A DNA stretch of 64,000 nt from Eledone cirrhosa (Eukaryota): the NCBI GenBank assembly GCA_964016885.1, contig OZ024741.1, positions 196,478,001 to 196,542,000 on the forward strand, read 5' to 3'. The position numbers and the translations under genes were made by a program. This document shows positions 41,881 through 54,677 of the stretch, in pieces. Every line of letters begins with the position of its first letter. Positions within the stretch are counted from its first letter, which is position 1. The notes under the pieces are model-generated. The model ran no database searches and was not told the DNA's origin. It saw nothing but the letters and a program-made list of their open reading frames with translations.

Positions 41881-42413
41881 GCAATACCAGTGAGAGACTT
41901 AGGTCGTAGTAACCAGAAATTGTTTTTTTTTTTTACATTTAATTGCTTTTTAACACTCTCAGTATTTTTCTATATATTTACCCCTTATTGTTCTACTTAC
42001 TGTTTCGACTTCTTCTCCCTCCCTAGTATCTTCTTTGACCTCACGCCCAGCTGTAGCCGGTACTATCAACGCATGAATGGGTCTCCTCCACCCCCTCTCC
42101 CTCTTTCTCCTACTGGCAGGTTTAGCTACCCCTTCCTTCCACAAATTGCCATCATAGAATTATTATGTCTCAACTACAAACTTTTAACAAATGCCTGTGA
42201 CAATCACTTTGACCATATATGGAATTACCCCTTGAGAAGCTCGGCTATTCAAATACCAGGATAAAAATGTTCATTTAGTCCAGAATTAGCCGTCGAAACG
42301 GCTTGAGCTCAGCCGTCGGGGTCCTACTCGTTCCTATTACCCACTCTACTACCCTAAGTATTGAGTACTTTGGTGCGTTATGGTCCACCTGGTTCCTTAC
42401 CACGTTTCTTACG

Positions 42414-42467
<54 letters not shown>

Positions 42468-42721
42468 TATGAATAAAGAGTTCTAAACTCAAACAGTCCT
42501 TTACAATGAAATAGCTCAAAGAAAGAAGTATTTCTGAGCCGTGTAATACAAGTTAATATAAATTAATATATATGATAAACACAAATACCAACATATAAGT
42601 GTTTGTATTGTAAATGACTAAGTTAGCTAGATTGAAAAATACTAATTATAATAATACAGTTTGCCTGTCTCGATTTAAAATAATAAATCAATAAAAACAA
42701 ATCATATTGGCAAATGGCCGT

Positions 42722-42852
42722 GGTACTTGGACAAATTTAAATTTCAAAATCCAAACCTGCTCCGTAGATAAGTTTAAACTTCAAAATCCAAATAAGTTTC
42801 GATAAATGAAAAAGTGAAAAAATACCAAATTCAGATCTCATCAGCAAGTACC
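42722..42852 (-). ncRNA. Type I hammerhead with extended stem III (left arm)
   Basis: Reverse complement of 42992-43122. Confidence 0.7.
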
Positions 42853-42991
42853 CTGAAAAATTGGTATGTTTCACTTCAAAATATTTAAGAAGACTGATCA
42901 ACGCACATGGTTTTTCAGTGTCTAGCTGCCTCATACTCGTGCTGCTAGAAATAACAGCCGTTTTTATGGGGCTAAAAATTAGCTCGACAGA

Positions 42992-43122
42992 GGTACTTGC
43001 TGATGAGATCTGAATTTGGTATTTTTTCACTTTTTCATTTATCGAAACTTATTTGGATTTTGAAGTTTAAACTTATCTACGGAGCAGGTTTGGATTTTGA
43101 AATTTAAATTTGTCCAAGTACC
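42992..43122 (+). ncRNA. Type I hammerhead with extended stem III (right arm), predicted cleavage after 43114
   Basis: GGUACUUG-CUGAUGA-GAU...AUC-GAAA-C[~63-nt G.U-rich hairpin]G-UC^CAAGUACC, with a perfect 8-bp stem I. Confidence 0.7.
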
Positions 43123-43293
43123 ACGGCCATTTGCCAATATGATTTATTTTTATTGATTTATTATTTTAAATCGAGACAGGCAAACTGTATTATTATAATT
43201 AGTATTTTTCAATCTAGCTAACTTAGTCATTTACAATACAAACACTTATATGTTGGTATTTGTGTTTATCATATATATTAATTTATATTAACT

Positions 43294-43354
<61 letters not shown>

Positions 43355-43359
<5 letters not shown>

Positions 43360-43453
43360 ACACAAATACATATGCAATCATGCACACATCTATACAATAT
43401 ACATATGGCCATATATGTTATATACGATATATATGTACACCCATATTATATGA

Positions 43454-43551
<98 letters not shown>

Positions 43552-44982
43552 TTAGTAAACATATATGTATACAAAACATACATATATACACATAAAACCG
43601 TACGTACAAAAAAATATATTCACATACACACGTAAGTTCATACATAGAAAAAATAAATATATTACCACTCAAAAATATTCATACATATCTTTGAATATGT
43701 TAAGTCTATTTGCAGGGAAAAAAAAGTGATTTTCGGGACTATAATTAAGGATGAAGTAAGATTGGATAAAAATCATATGTAAGTGTTATAAGTATGTGAA
43801 ATTATATATGTGTATCAAATATATCATTAGACTGAAGAAGTGTTCGATGCGTCTTATAGTGTACACATAGTAAAAGAAAGAAGTGAAAATAATCAATATG
43901 TGAGTGTTATAGGTATAACAAAAAGCATGTAATCATAATCAATATGTGAGTGTTGTTTGTGTGTTATGGGTATAACTAAATGTATATGGTCATATTGAAT
44001 ATGAGTTCAGGGTAGTTAGTGTTAATGCTATTTCATAATTGAAATATATGTTCAGGGTGGTTGTGTATCCAAATTGATGCTATGTTTATTCCAGCAGGAA
44101 AGCAGATGTGATCTTAAATGTGGGCAACCTCTAAATATTTCAGTTTTAGAGTTAAAACAAGTATTTGGAGATTTCAGGTTTTGTAGAATTCTATATTTCT
44201 CACTTATGCATAAAGTACATTTTCTTGTACCTTTTGATTTGTCTAAAATGGACCAATTAATTACATATAGAATTTTACGTTCTTTCATCTCCTACACTCT
44301 GTTCGCCAGCACAGTGGTTTTCTTTTTTCAGGATGTCTGAAAGAAGTAACATGTGCGTAATAACGTTGTTTAAATATATCTTGACTCATACCCACATATC
44401 GCTCACTGGTAGCTGGTTGGTTGGTTGGTGTTTACAGGTGTCACTTTAGCCTCATATACAATAGATTTTATGTTGCACTTGCCTTGTCGAGGATATTCTC
44501 CGGCATTTCTGCATGAACATCCTGGATTTTTTCTGGGTATTTTCCCATTGGTAATCTTGGATTTCATTGAAGGACTGCATGAATAGCTAATCTTGACTAC
44601 GTTTCTGTTCAATATTTTATTATATCTATGTTGTTGGGGGAAATGTTTATCTATTTCTCTGCCAATATTCTTAACATATTTATAGATATGTATGAATATT
44701 TTTGGGTGCTTATATATATATTTTTTTCTGTGTATGAATTTACGTGTGTATGTGTGTATATATGCGTTTATATGTATGTGAATATATTTTTTTGTACGTA
44801 CGGTTTTGTGTATTTATGTATGTTTTGTATACATATATGTTTATTAAATATGTATATATATATATATATATACTCATATAATATGGGTGTATATATATCG
44901 TATATACGCATATATGGCCAAATGTATACATGTATATTGTATAGATGTGTGTATATGTATATGTTTTTATGTATCTGCATGC

Positions 44983-45010
<28 letters not shown>
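43355..45010 (-). mobile_element. PLE 3' fragment (GIY-YIG) with an inverted copy of its AT-rich 3' end
   Basis: ORFs 44052-44288 and 44403-44612 (CSCR...C..KSIVYEAKV; CTLCISEK...NSKTEIF.GCPH). About 44680-44960 is a diverged reverse complement of about 43385-43700. Confidence 0.78.
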
Positions 45011-45016
<6 letters not shown>

Positions 45017-45490
45017 ATATATATATACATACATACAAGTGGAAGCTTAGTAAAATCGAAGCTTTGGCTGTGGCCAAGCTAACGACCTACAATTAGGAAT
45101 GAGCAGCAAAGCACTCAATAAGGTAGTAGGCCTTAGAGTAATAACATACGTTTAGACAGCTTGACAAATTGAAAATTGCGGCAGGCAGACCTAGCCACAC
45201 AATACCAAAAACAACGAAAAAGCTAATCAGGTTAGACAACTGGCCTGGACATATCGAACGATATTTTGCAATACGTCCGATAGGTTTCTATGAAATCGAT
45301 ATCATCCATCCAACTTACGTAATATGTAAGCCTGTGGTATTCCATGATCGAACAGTGGATTCACGTCATCAACAGGAAATTTCGTTCTATGCCTCAAGCG
45401 GGTGTGGAATGTAACGCCGAACTGCTACCGTTGGCAGCCCTCAGTGTTTCACGGTCACGTGTTATTTCCAACAAGGGAAGTAACCTCCGG

Positions 45491-45511
45491 TTTTTGGCGG
45501 GAAAATTCAAA
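45491..45511. promoter_or_regulatory. Candidate E2F + CHR-like (DREAM-type) element
   Basis: TTTTGGCGGGAAAA followed by TTCAAA, in a CpG-containing segment not recognised as a repeat. Confidence 0.35.
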
Positions 45512-45656
45512 GTGTGAACAAAGGAAATCAATTCCGTTCCACATTCTGGATGAAAAGCTATCGACTAGACGTTATTAAACAAACATAAATAATTAACCAA
45601 TCAATGGAAATTGTCTTATTAAATTAATTAGTTAATCATTAAGTCTAGGAGATAAT

Positions 45657-45844
45657 TGTTTCTACTTTAGGCACAAGGCCAGCAATTATCCAGTGCATTA
45701 CTGGCACTTTATTTTATCGACCCCGTAAGGATGAAAGGCAAAGTCAACCTCGGCGGGATTTGAACTCAGATCGTAAAGGGACGTAACTATGCTGGAAAGC
45801 ATGGCGTCCGACCCTCTACCGATACTGCCAATCCACCGCCCTTT
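45657..45844 (-). mobile_element. Complete tRNA-derived SINE with 18-bp target-site duplication
   Basis: A-box TGGCAGTATCGG and B-box GAGTTCAAATCC. TSD TTAAGTCTAGGAGATAAT at 45639-45656 and 45845-45862. Confidence 0.88.
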
Positions 45845-45889
45845 TTAAGTCTAGGAGATAATAATACATATATAGGGCGGGTAAAATTC

Positions 45890-48235
45890 CCGAGATCCAT
45901 AGACGAGTTCTCTCCAGTGGTCTCTGTCCCTCATCATTGCTGCCAAGTCCTGTATCCCCAAGAGACCTGTGTTTATCCTTAGGGCATCAACATGTCAATC
46001 TGGGTCTCCCTCTTCTAGTGTGTCCGTGTAGGGGCTCCCACAGGAGCACTGAAGGCAGTGTCAACTCTGAATGTCGGTGATATCTCCAGTTAACCTCAGT
46101 CTCCTCTGTGTTACTTTCGAGCTGACTTTTGGGAGGCTATCGTACAGTTTTGAGTTCTTCATCCTCAGTGTATACTGATTAATGTTGAGAGCCATCCTCA
46201 GCATTCTCGTGTAGCACCCATCCACCACCCGAGTGAGTTACTTTGTCAGTGTCCAATTCTTAGACCCGTACAGCAGCATAGACTCCACTGCAGCAACGGA
46301 GAGACGGATCTTCAGGTCTTTACGAAGGTTCGACTTCCACACCGATCTCAAACTGTGACACGCCACACAGGCTTTTCTCTTCCTCTCAACCACATCATCC
46401 TCTGTTCCCAATCTTAATTCCCAGATATAGGAAGTCCTCAACCAACTCTAGCGGCTTCCCGCCTGCATTCATAATGTTCTCTACCAGATACTTCGTCTTA
46501 ATCTCATTCATTCTCAGCCCCACACTCATCTACACAGTCTCTACCTCCTGCATCAACTCCTCTGCCTCCTTCACTGTATTTGTCACCAGAACTATGTTGT
46601 CAGCAAATTCAGCATCTGATATCTTTTTCGCCTTAATTCTCCTGCTCTGAGTCAGTGTTACAGTAAAGCCAGACTCCTGGTGTTTCTCCAGCGCAAGGCG
46701 CATACAATAGTCCACCGATGATAAAAAGGTAGGGAGCCAATGTATCTCCCTGGAGCACTCCAGCTAGTATCTCAAAGAACTCCGTCATCTCGTCAGGTGT
46801 AATGACTTAGGCTTTGGTGTTGGTGTAGATCAGTGATATCAGATCCACTATCTTCTTGGGGATTCCATAAGCCTGTAAGATCTTCGTCAGGCAGTGACAG
46901 TCCACAGAATGAAAGGCTTTCCTAAAGTCAATGAAAACCATCACAGCAGGAATGCTTTTTGCTCTAGCTCCCTCTATTATCATCCTCAGCATCAGGATGT
47001 GACTGGTGGTTGATCTTCCCTCTCTGAAGCCGTTATGGTTGTCCCTGAGCTTCTTCTCCATCTTGGGATGAATCCTGTTAAGAATGATCCTATCGAGGGG
47101 TTTTGCCGCAAGTGTAGTTGTTGGTGTTAGAGAGATCTCCCTTCTTTGGCACTGGGACGATGTTACTGATCTTCCACTGATTCGGAGCAACTCCTTTCTC
47201 CAGTGCCTGGTTACAGAACTCCAGGATGACATCACCAAAATCACACCTGTTCATCAACTCTGATGCCACTTCATCTTCTCCATGAGCCTTGCCCTCCTTG
47301 ATCTTCTTCTTGACTATCTGAAGCTTCTCTCTGGCGAAGGGTCGTGTCTCAATATCCAGTTCCTCAAACAGCTGCCTGATCTCCCCAGTGTTTTGGGCTG
47401 TGGAGTGTGGCTCTCCTAGTAGGGTCCTAAAATGGTCCAGCCATTTCCTCTTCCTATCCTCAGGGCCTTGTTCCCTGGATCTGACTCAAGCCCCCTCTCT
47501 TCTTCCCTGTGATCTCGTTGATGATCGTCCAGCTCTCTTTACACCTAGACCTGTCAAACGCTCTCTCCACCCTATTGATCTTCTCTTTCAGCGCCTCTTC
47601 TCTGGCGTCAGTGTAAGTGATACAGAGTTCTTCCCTCATCACCTCCATATTCTCCTTCCTCTACTCCGTAAGATCAGCATAGAATTGATCCTTGGCAGCT
47701 TTTGCACACACTTTTGGGTCTGATGTGCTTCTTCTTCTCTCTCCTCAGCACCAGGGTCTCACTTCTGCCACTGCATTGGTGAAGTACCCGTACTCTCCTC
47801 AGTCTTTCCAATCTCTCTCTCTGCCTCTCCACACAGAGCACTGAACCTGTTTCTCACTTCTACTGTGTACCTCTCCTGTAGCTTATCATCTTCCTTGAAA
47901 GCTCCCCAGTCATAGATCGCTCTCCGGGGCTGAGCCTTACTCTTTCTTAAGCTCACCCGGACCTCACTCATAACAAACCGGTGGTCACTGCCCAGTGTAC
48001 TGAAATAGTTGTATGGTTCTGTGTTCAGAACACTATTCCGCCACTTCTTCATCACCAGAATGAAATCAATCAGGGACTTGGACAGGTGCTTATCTGAGAT
48101 GTAGGTCCACATCTTCCCCGGATTCTTCCTAAACCTTAGGTTAGTTGCCATCAAGTTCGCCTCCAGCAGGGTGACCCTCACTCGTCTCTCATTTCGGTTT
48201 GTGTTGTTATGGAAGTACCAACGAACCATACTAAT
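45890..48235 (-). mobile_element. Degenerate RTE-like LINE of a different family (APE + RT)
   Basis: IDFIL...GSDH (APE); GFREGRST..HI, FIDFRKAF, GVLQGDTLAPYLF, FADNIVL and VESMLLYG. Confidence 0.85.
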
Positions 48236-48262
48236 CTTTGGTTATATATATATACATATATA

Positions 48263-48555
48263 CAAGGGCCTTGTTTCAGGGGTTTACCAGGGGACAGGTC
48301 CCCCCCCCCCCACTATTTCAGGAATGGGGGAGAAACCATCTTTTGTTTTTTGTTTATTTGATATAATAAATTCTTTTTAAGCTTATTTTTTTTATATTTG
48401 AACTTCATTTGATTATATAAAATTTAATTAGCGTAAAATTTTACTTATGTGGTAGGGGCCGGGAAAGGCACCATAAGCAATACTAACATGTTCCTTTAAG
48501 AATCAACAAATGTTGGTTTGTCCCCCTCATATTTTTAAGGCAGACGAGGCCCCTG
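48263..48555. mobile_element. Possible MITE
   Basis: Imperfect ~14-bp terminal inverted repeats (CAAGGGCCTTGTTT / CAGGGGCCTCGTCT) within TA-rich flanks. Confidence 0.45.
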
Positions 48556-48577
48556 CATATATATATATATATATATA

Positions 48578-50090
48578 CTAGCTGGCCCGTCCGGCTAGGT
48601 ATACCGGCATTTTATCTTTTCAGGAAGTCCCCCTCCACTCCAGTGCAAAAATACCGCACACCCTCTCAAGTCACATTGTCGTTCCGAGTACGTATCAGGG
48701 GGGGGGGGGGGGAGCTATTGTGGTGACTCATTTCTGACGCGTGAAAAATACCACCACCACCACTGGAATGCTCAACGACCATAATCACTCGATTCTGTGG
48801 TAAAAGTTACAACTGTGGTGTTGGACCATTAGTTTTTCCACAACCCTGCTATTGTCGGACTGGTTGTGAGGGCTTTCTAAAAGATCCGATACAGGCCTAC
48901 AGCCAGGCGCTATCCGGCTGGGCCTGCTAGTTTAATTTACTGGCAACTAACGTAGCAAGGAATATAGTGGTGATTTCGACTGAATGCGCCAACACGCTGC
49001 TTGATTGTCTTCATGCTCCCCGTTGTTACCAGCATGACCCTCACTGACCTATATTTCCCCCCTCCAGTAAACATGCCCATCTCTTCTTTCTATGTAAATC
49101 TGGATGAAATGCTAGTGGCAAGTGTGTGGTTTTCCTGAACTATCTTCCGACTACGGAGCTAAGGGGGGAAAGCTATTGTGGTGACTCAATCTTAGTGTGT
49201 TTATAATTATAGTTCACTGCGGCATGCAGATTCCACCTCACGCATGTGTTGTCAATCTCCCCCCGAAAGTTAGCGCTAGCTTGCCTGACCCCTTGGGTGC
49301 GTGTCTAACTCCTTCCTCTGACCCCAATTATCTTTGATATTCGCCTGGCCGCCCTATGTAACCCTCTGTCACGCGCACACACTAGACAACCCCATCAATT
49401 ACGCACAAGGGGTGTGTGTGTGTGTGTGAGGGGGGGGGGGGGGGGTTAACGTGCTCTGATGTTGGGTTTGAATAGTTTTTAGGATTCCCCAGTTCAGCAG
49501 CCTGAACATAAATTACATTGTTAGAGCCTCAGAGTACACAATGTTTTTGTTCGACCCTCGGAGCAAAGATGATGAGATTGTTTGGCGAGCTCACCCTAGA
49601 GCATCCTACATACAATTGACCATGGGAGAAGCATGGTTTTCCCAGATGAAGGCCAGCCACTTTTAGGGTTTGACCCTGAGCTTTGTTGATGATAATCGCG
49701 AAGCTTAGTCTTATTGGAAACTGAAGTCACTCAAAGGGTAAGTCGGGTGGCAGCAACGGGATGCGAGGAATAAATACATCGTCTCACCACCTACCAACTC
49801 CAGTCATGATTGTGGCTTCAATGACACGACGCAGCATCTGCTTAACTGCAAGTCGTGTGCCATTGCAGAGCTTTAACATCTTTCTTCTGGAAAATTATAT
49901 CTTGCGGCCAGGCCGGGACTTTTGGGGTGGCATATCGGCAGTAACAATGACGATAAGCCATCTGTGCTTTCGTACAGTCGAACTAAATGTAAACAAATCG
50001 CTGCGTAGTAACGAAATAAATACGTTTGTTTTTATAGTTCTGTTTTCCTATGTATTGTGTGTTTCTGTATGCAAAAATATCTGTACATGA
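48578..50090 (-). mobile_element. Non-autonomous Helitron remnant carrying the PIF1-type helicase C-terminus
   Basis: 49513-49873 on minus reads KLCNGTRLAV...VFIPRIPL...[18 protein letters not shown]...[13 protein letters not shown]...[10 protein letters not shown]. The 3' end has a CCGG hairpin followed by CTAG|T at 48578-48581. The 5' boundary is uncertain. Confidence 0.82.
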
Positions 50091-50429
50091 ATATATAATT
50101 AATTAAAAGTTGGTTAAAAGTGAAGTCAATGCAGACAGGCAGCCAGACAGAGAGATATTATAAGGGCTTATAGCTATGTATCTATCTAAAAAGACAGAGT
50201 AAGAAAGAGAGAGTAATGTCGTATTATATCATCATTCATCATCATTTCATTTTATGTCCGCTTTTCCCTGCTTGCAAGGGTGGGACGGGAACTGATTCTG
50301 GCTTGATTTCTACAGCTGGATGCCCTTCCTAACACCAACCTCATTTACAGTGAGTGCTGGCTGCTTTTTTGCCGTGGCACCTCCACAACCACTTTGCAGT
50401 GGAATGATAGGGACTCCAGTCCCTATCAT

Positions 50430-50563
50430 CTCATTTCTACAGCTGAGTAAACTGGAGCAATGTGAAATAAAGTGTCTTGCTCAAGGAAACAACACATCAC
50501 CCGGTCTGAGAATTGAACTCACAACCTTTCGATTGCAAGGCCAATGCTCTAACCACTGAGCCA
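50430..50563 (-). mobile_element. tRNA-derived CORE-like SINE
   Basis: A-box TGGCTCAGTGG, B-box GAGTTCAATTC, then CCTTGAGCAAGACACTTT...CTGTAGAAATG. Confidence 0.7.
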
Positions 50564-50957
50564 TGTATATAATAAAGTACTAGTAATGTACTGGGATAAT
50601 TGCTGGCCTTGTGCCAAAAGTAGAAACAATTATACTTCTTTTTTATACAACTGTAAATAACGTATATATATGTATAAAATATATTCATATGTATATATGT
50701 GTGTGCATATGTCTATATATGTGTGTGTGGATGTATGTGTATGAGTGTGTATATGTGGTTCATACGCTTATATATCTATGTAAGAGTGTATATGGATGTA
50801 CGTATAGATGCACGCATGTAATTTTGTGTTTGTATGTATATTTAAGTGTGTGTGTATATGCATAAATATTTTTTTCTGTTATAAGTTGTTATTTTAAATC
50901 AGCCTCGCTTTTATTTTTAATAAATATTAATTTCAAAACTTATATCCAAAACATAAC

Positions 50958-51031
50958 TATTTCATCTGATGAACAAGCTGGATGATTCTGTAAGGATCGT
51001 CTAGTTTCCTGAAACCTTTGGTAATGGAATA
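50958..51031 (+). ncRNA. Type I hammerhead ribozyme, predicted cleavage after 51023
   Basis: UAUUUCAU-CUGAUGA-[13-bp stem II hairpin]-GAAA-CC(UUU)GG-UA^AUGGAAUA. Confidence 0.7.
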
Positions 51032-51050
51032 ATTATATTGTGTTGTTTAT

Positions 51051-51090
<40 letters not shown>

Positions 51091-51117
51091 CCAATTCAAT
51101 AAATAGACCAGGATTTT

Positions 51118-51177
51118 TTTCATTCTGATGATTGAAAGCAACATTTTTTGCTTTTAAGAAACCACTGGTAAATGGAA
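51118..51177 (+). ncRNA. Type I hammerhead ribozyme, predicted cleavage after 51170
   Basis: UUUCAUU-CUGAUGA-UUGAAAGCAA...UUGCUUUUAA-GAAA-CC(ACU)GG-UA^AAUGGAA. The 10.1-11.1 pair is an atypical U-A. Confidence 0.65.
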
Positions 51178-51882
51178 TAATTGCCTTATGTTGTTTATTA
51201 CATAACTATTAAGCTCTGTTACCTACATAGAGCACTCTTTTTTCCTGGACTTTTCCGACGGAATTACTTCTTTTATATATATATATATATAAGAATAACA
51301 TTAAAAAAAGATGCTGATATTACATAAATTATTTATTCATTACAATTATTTTTATGGTTCCCCCATGCAATCCGCGATGTAACTTATACATTTGTTGTTG
51401 GTATGGGAAAGGTATCTTCAGATGAAAATCCGATTATGTGATATGGCGCAGACAAAAAAAAAAAAAAAATGTTCTTGTGCCTGGCATGCATATGGGTTCC
51501 TAAAACAGTCCTTCTAGCTGTTGTCTTCACAATTTCTGGAACGAGGCATTATCTACGTGTCAATGATTCTGACCTCCTCCACTGACCAGAGACTCGAGGT
51601 TGTAAATTATCAAAATATCTTATCTATACACGAGTACGAACATTTCAGACACTTACTCTAGGAGTGACCAGTTCCTGAATTTCGTTTATAATGAAGAAAC
51701 GATTTATGTAATATCAGCATCTTTTTTTAATGTTATTCTTTCTTATCTCCATCATAACTACACACTACGAATGTAGAGAGCTTTATCCTGCTTACTGTGT
51801 TCAGTAAAAGTTGTTTTTAAGTTATACAAATTCAACTAACGGAAATGATTGCTACTATAATTTCTGTGTGTGTTTGGTGTTG

Positions 51883-51917
<35 letters not shown>

Positions 51918-51985
51918 AGTTTATCTCGGGTTCAATTGGGGCTAACTACAGTAAGTAAGGTACTCAATACATAGCAGAGTATAAA

Positions 51986-52104
51986 TATTTAATATAGAAA
52001 TGGCTTTTACAGGACTAGAACCGTTTCATTCAGGAGAAATCATCAGATGATTTCTCCCAAATGAAATGGTTCTAGTCCTGTAGAAGCCATTTCTATATTA
52101 AATA
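51986..52104. repeat. 119-bp near-perfect palindrome centred at 52045
   Basis: TATTTAATATAGAAATGGC...CATC-A-GATG...GCCATTTCTATATTAAATA. Confidence 0.9.
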
Positions 52105-52427
52105 AATAAATAATATACATATATATTATAGTAACAATCGTGTAACTTGAAATCGAAGACTGTGTCAACACACAAATTGCTTTTCATAGTTATTCTGTGA
52201 TCAACCATAGGTACAATGAAGGTAATTCTTGGAGTATTTATATAGAAATTAATAAATACACCAATTCCACAATTAAGGGATCAATATTTATTATGTAACT
52301 AATTATGTAAGTGATTACATTTAGAATCACAAATCCGATGTATGTTTCAGTGAGAATGGCCTGACACTGACCAATGGCCATGTGACTGCCCTTAATTCAA
52401 CAAATCAACAGCCACCTCTATTAACTA

Positions 52428-54050
52428 TGTTAACCCCACCTCAAAGACAAGTAGAAAGTAGAAAGGAAAACAGGGTCCAGATTCCATCTGGGAAATGGCC
52501 CTGCTCAATGTGCAAGAAAGAGTAGGGTGAAATTTCATTCTATCTCCCAAATGCAAGCCATGATTACATAAAAAATGTAGTGGGATCACAGGCAGGCTAT
52601 CAAAGAACGTAGGTTTTATATGTGGCCAATGCACAGGTGCAGTAAGTAGCAAGTGCCCACAGGATACTAGCTCCTTCAAATGCCCAGATGGTACTATGTT
52701 GAAGCATGGAACAAACTACCTGCTTCTGTTGTTAGCTGTCAGGACACTGCATCCTTCAAAACTTCCATGCTTCCTGAAATTTGTCAACACTACACCTGAT
52801 ATTCCCCCTCATACTCACACACGCATGTGTGTATATCATGAATCATACGCTGTTCACTTTCCTGACATTTGTACATTCTTCTATGTACTATACATGCACC
52901 TTTGATGAGCTGTAGTGCACCTGAGCACTGTATACAATAACTTTCATTGTTTTAACTTTGCCTTTCACCCTTACGGGGGCGATAAAATAAAGTACCAGTA
53001 ATGTACTGGGTAATTGCTGGCCTTGTGCCAATAGTAGAAACAATTATTATTATAAATGGCGGTAGATTGGCAGTATCAGTAGAGGGTCGGACACCATGCT
53101 TTGACGCATAGAGTTACGGCCCTTGCCATTCCGAGTTCAAATCCCGCCGATGTTAACTTTGCCTTTCATAATGCACTAGGGTAATTGGTGGCCTTGTGCC
53201 AAAAGTAGAAACAATTATAAATAGTCGACACTTTCCGTTACCTGGGTGATGAAATCAGCAGAGGAGGAGGGTGCTCCGAAAGTACAGTAGCCAGAGAATG
53301 AACGGGATGGAGAAGTTCAGGGAGCTACTACTGCTGCTAGCTACAAATGTTTTTTTTTAACCTTAAAATGAAGGGCAGATTATACGATGCTTGTATATGA
53401 TCAATGTTACAATGTGTGCAGAAGACCTTCAAAGACTACAAAGAAATGAAGCATGCACGCTCAAATGGATATGTAATTGTAATATATATATATATATGAA
53501 TGGCAAAGCATAAATGAACTGAGAGAGAAATTAGGCGTAAGAGGGATTAGATGCAGAGAGGAGATTGCATTGGTATGGTCATGTGATGTGTATTAAGGAT
53601 GACAGCTGTATAAAAAGGTGCAGGGAGATTAAAATTAATGGCAGTTATAGAGTAGGAAGAACCAGGACAGGGTGATAAAAGCTGACCTAGTGCAATTGAA
53701 CCTCTCAAAGACAATGACACAAGATCAAAACCTTTGGCATTATGCAGTAATACAGAAGACATGCCTTTCCATGTGCACAGACTCAAACATACATCTAGTA
53801 GGCACATCTTAACTACTATACCCCCACGCACCCTTACACTGTAAACAAAATGTATCCAACCCACACTGCAAAGTGGTCGTGTGGGTGTCACGACAAAAAA
53901 TACCCAACACACACTGTCAATGAAATTGCCGTTAGTAAGGACATCCAGACGTAGAAACAGTTCTATGTGAGCAAGACACGGTCACCCAACTTGCCTCTAA
54001 TTGGACAACCTGTCTAACCCATGTATCATTAAACGATGATGATGATGATA
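52428..54050 (+). mobile_element. Degenerate RTE LINE interrupted by a CR1-like 3' end (52696-52950) and SINEs (52955-53220)
   Basis: RTE homology stops at about 52695 and resumes at about 53221 (VDTFRYLGDEIS.GGGCSES). (GAT)n tail near 54035-54049. Confidence 0.8.
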
Positions 54051-54677
54051 TTACTATCACTGCTAATAATAGTTATTGTTGTTACTGCTTAGAAACTCCT
54101 TTATAAATTTACATATCATTGTCTCTCAATATAGTTGTTGATATTTCTACACTTTTATAAATTTATATAACCTAAATTCCTCCTTAGCAACACGCATTCT
54201 CTCTCTCTCTCTCTGTACATATATGTGTATCATATGCATCTGTATATATGTGAGTATATATATATATATAAACATTCCCTGTATGAATAAAAATATTGTT
54301 CAACTTTGGCAAGCTGATATGTAAAACTGTTGATGTAGCATATTTGAAATCAAATTGTTCTGAAACATACATTGGATTAGTGATTCAAGAGTAATCAGTT
54401 AGATAAATATTGACCCTTCAATTGTGAAATTGATGTATTCATGTAATTTATTAATTTCTATATATATTATATACACACACATATACATACATCAAATTTG
54501 CTTAAATTTACAGCATTTTCATCTGTCGAATACCATTTCACTGGAGAATTATTTCCATGGCTCATCAGTCCAATATTTCAAACAGATCAGAATAACAAGC
54601 TGTGAAATAATGATTCCCCAGTGAAATGTAAATATTTGACAGATGAAAATATGAATTTAACCTAGTTTTGTATAAGA

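Larger units (their letters stand above)
42546..43298. repeat. Near-perfect 307-bp inverted repeat with a 139-bp spacer
   Basis: 42546-42852 is the reverse complement of 42992-43298 (one mismatch noticed). Lies between (TA)n tracts. Confidence 0.95.

Noticed and set aside
43826-43858. CTGAAGAAGTGTTCGATGCGTC
   Set aside because: Lacks GAAA and a convincing stem II.
45760-45840. tRNA gene calls for the A-box/B-box sequences (also near 50500 and 53060)
   Set aside because: No intact cloverleaf; these are multi-copy SINE heads with tails and a TSD.
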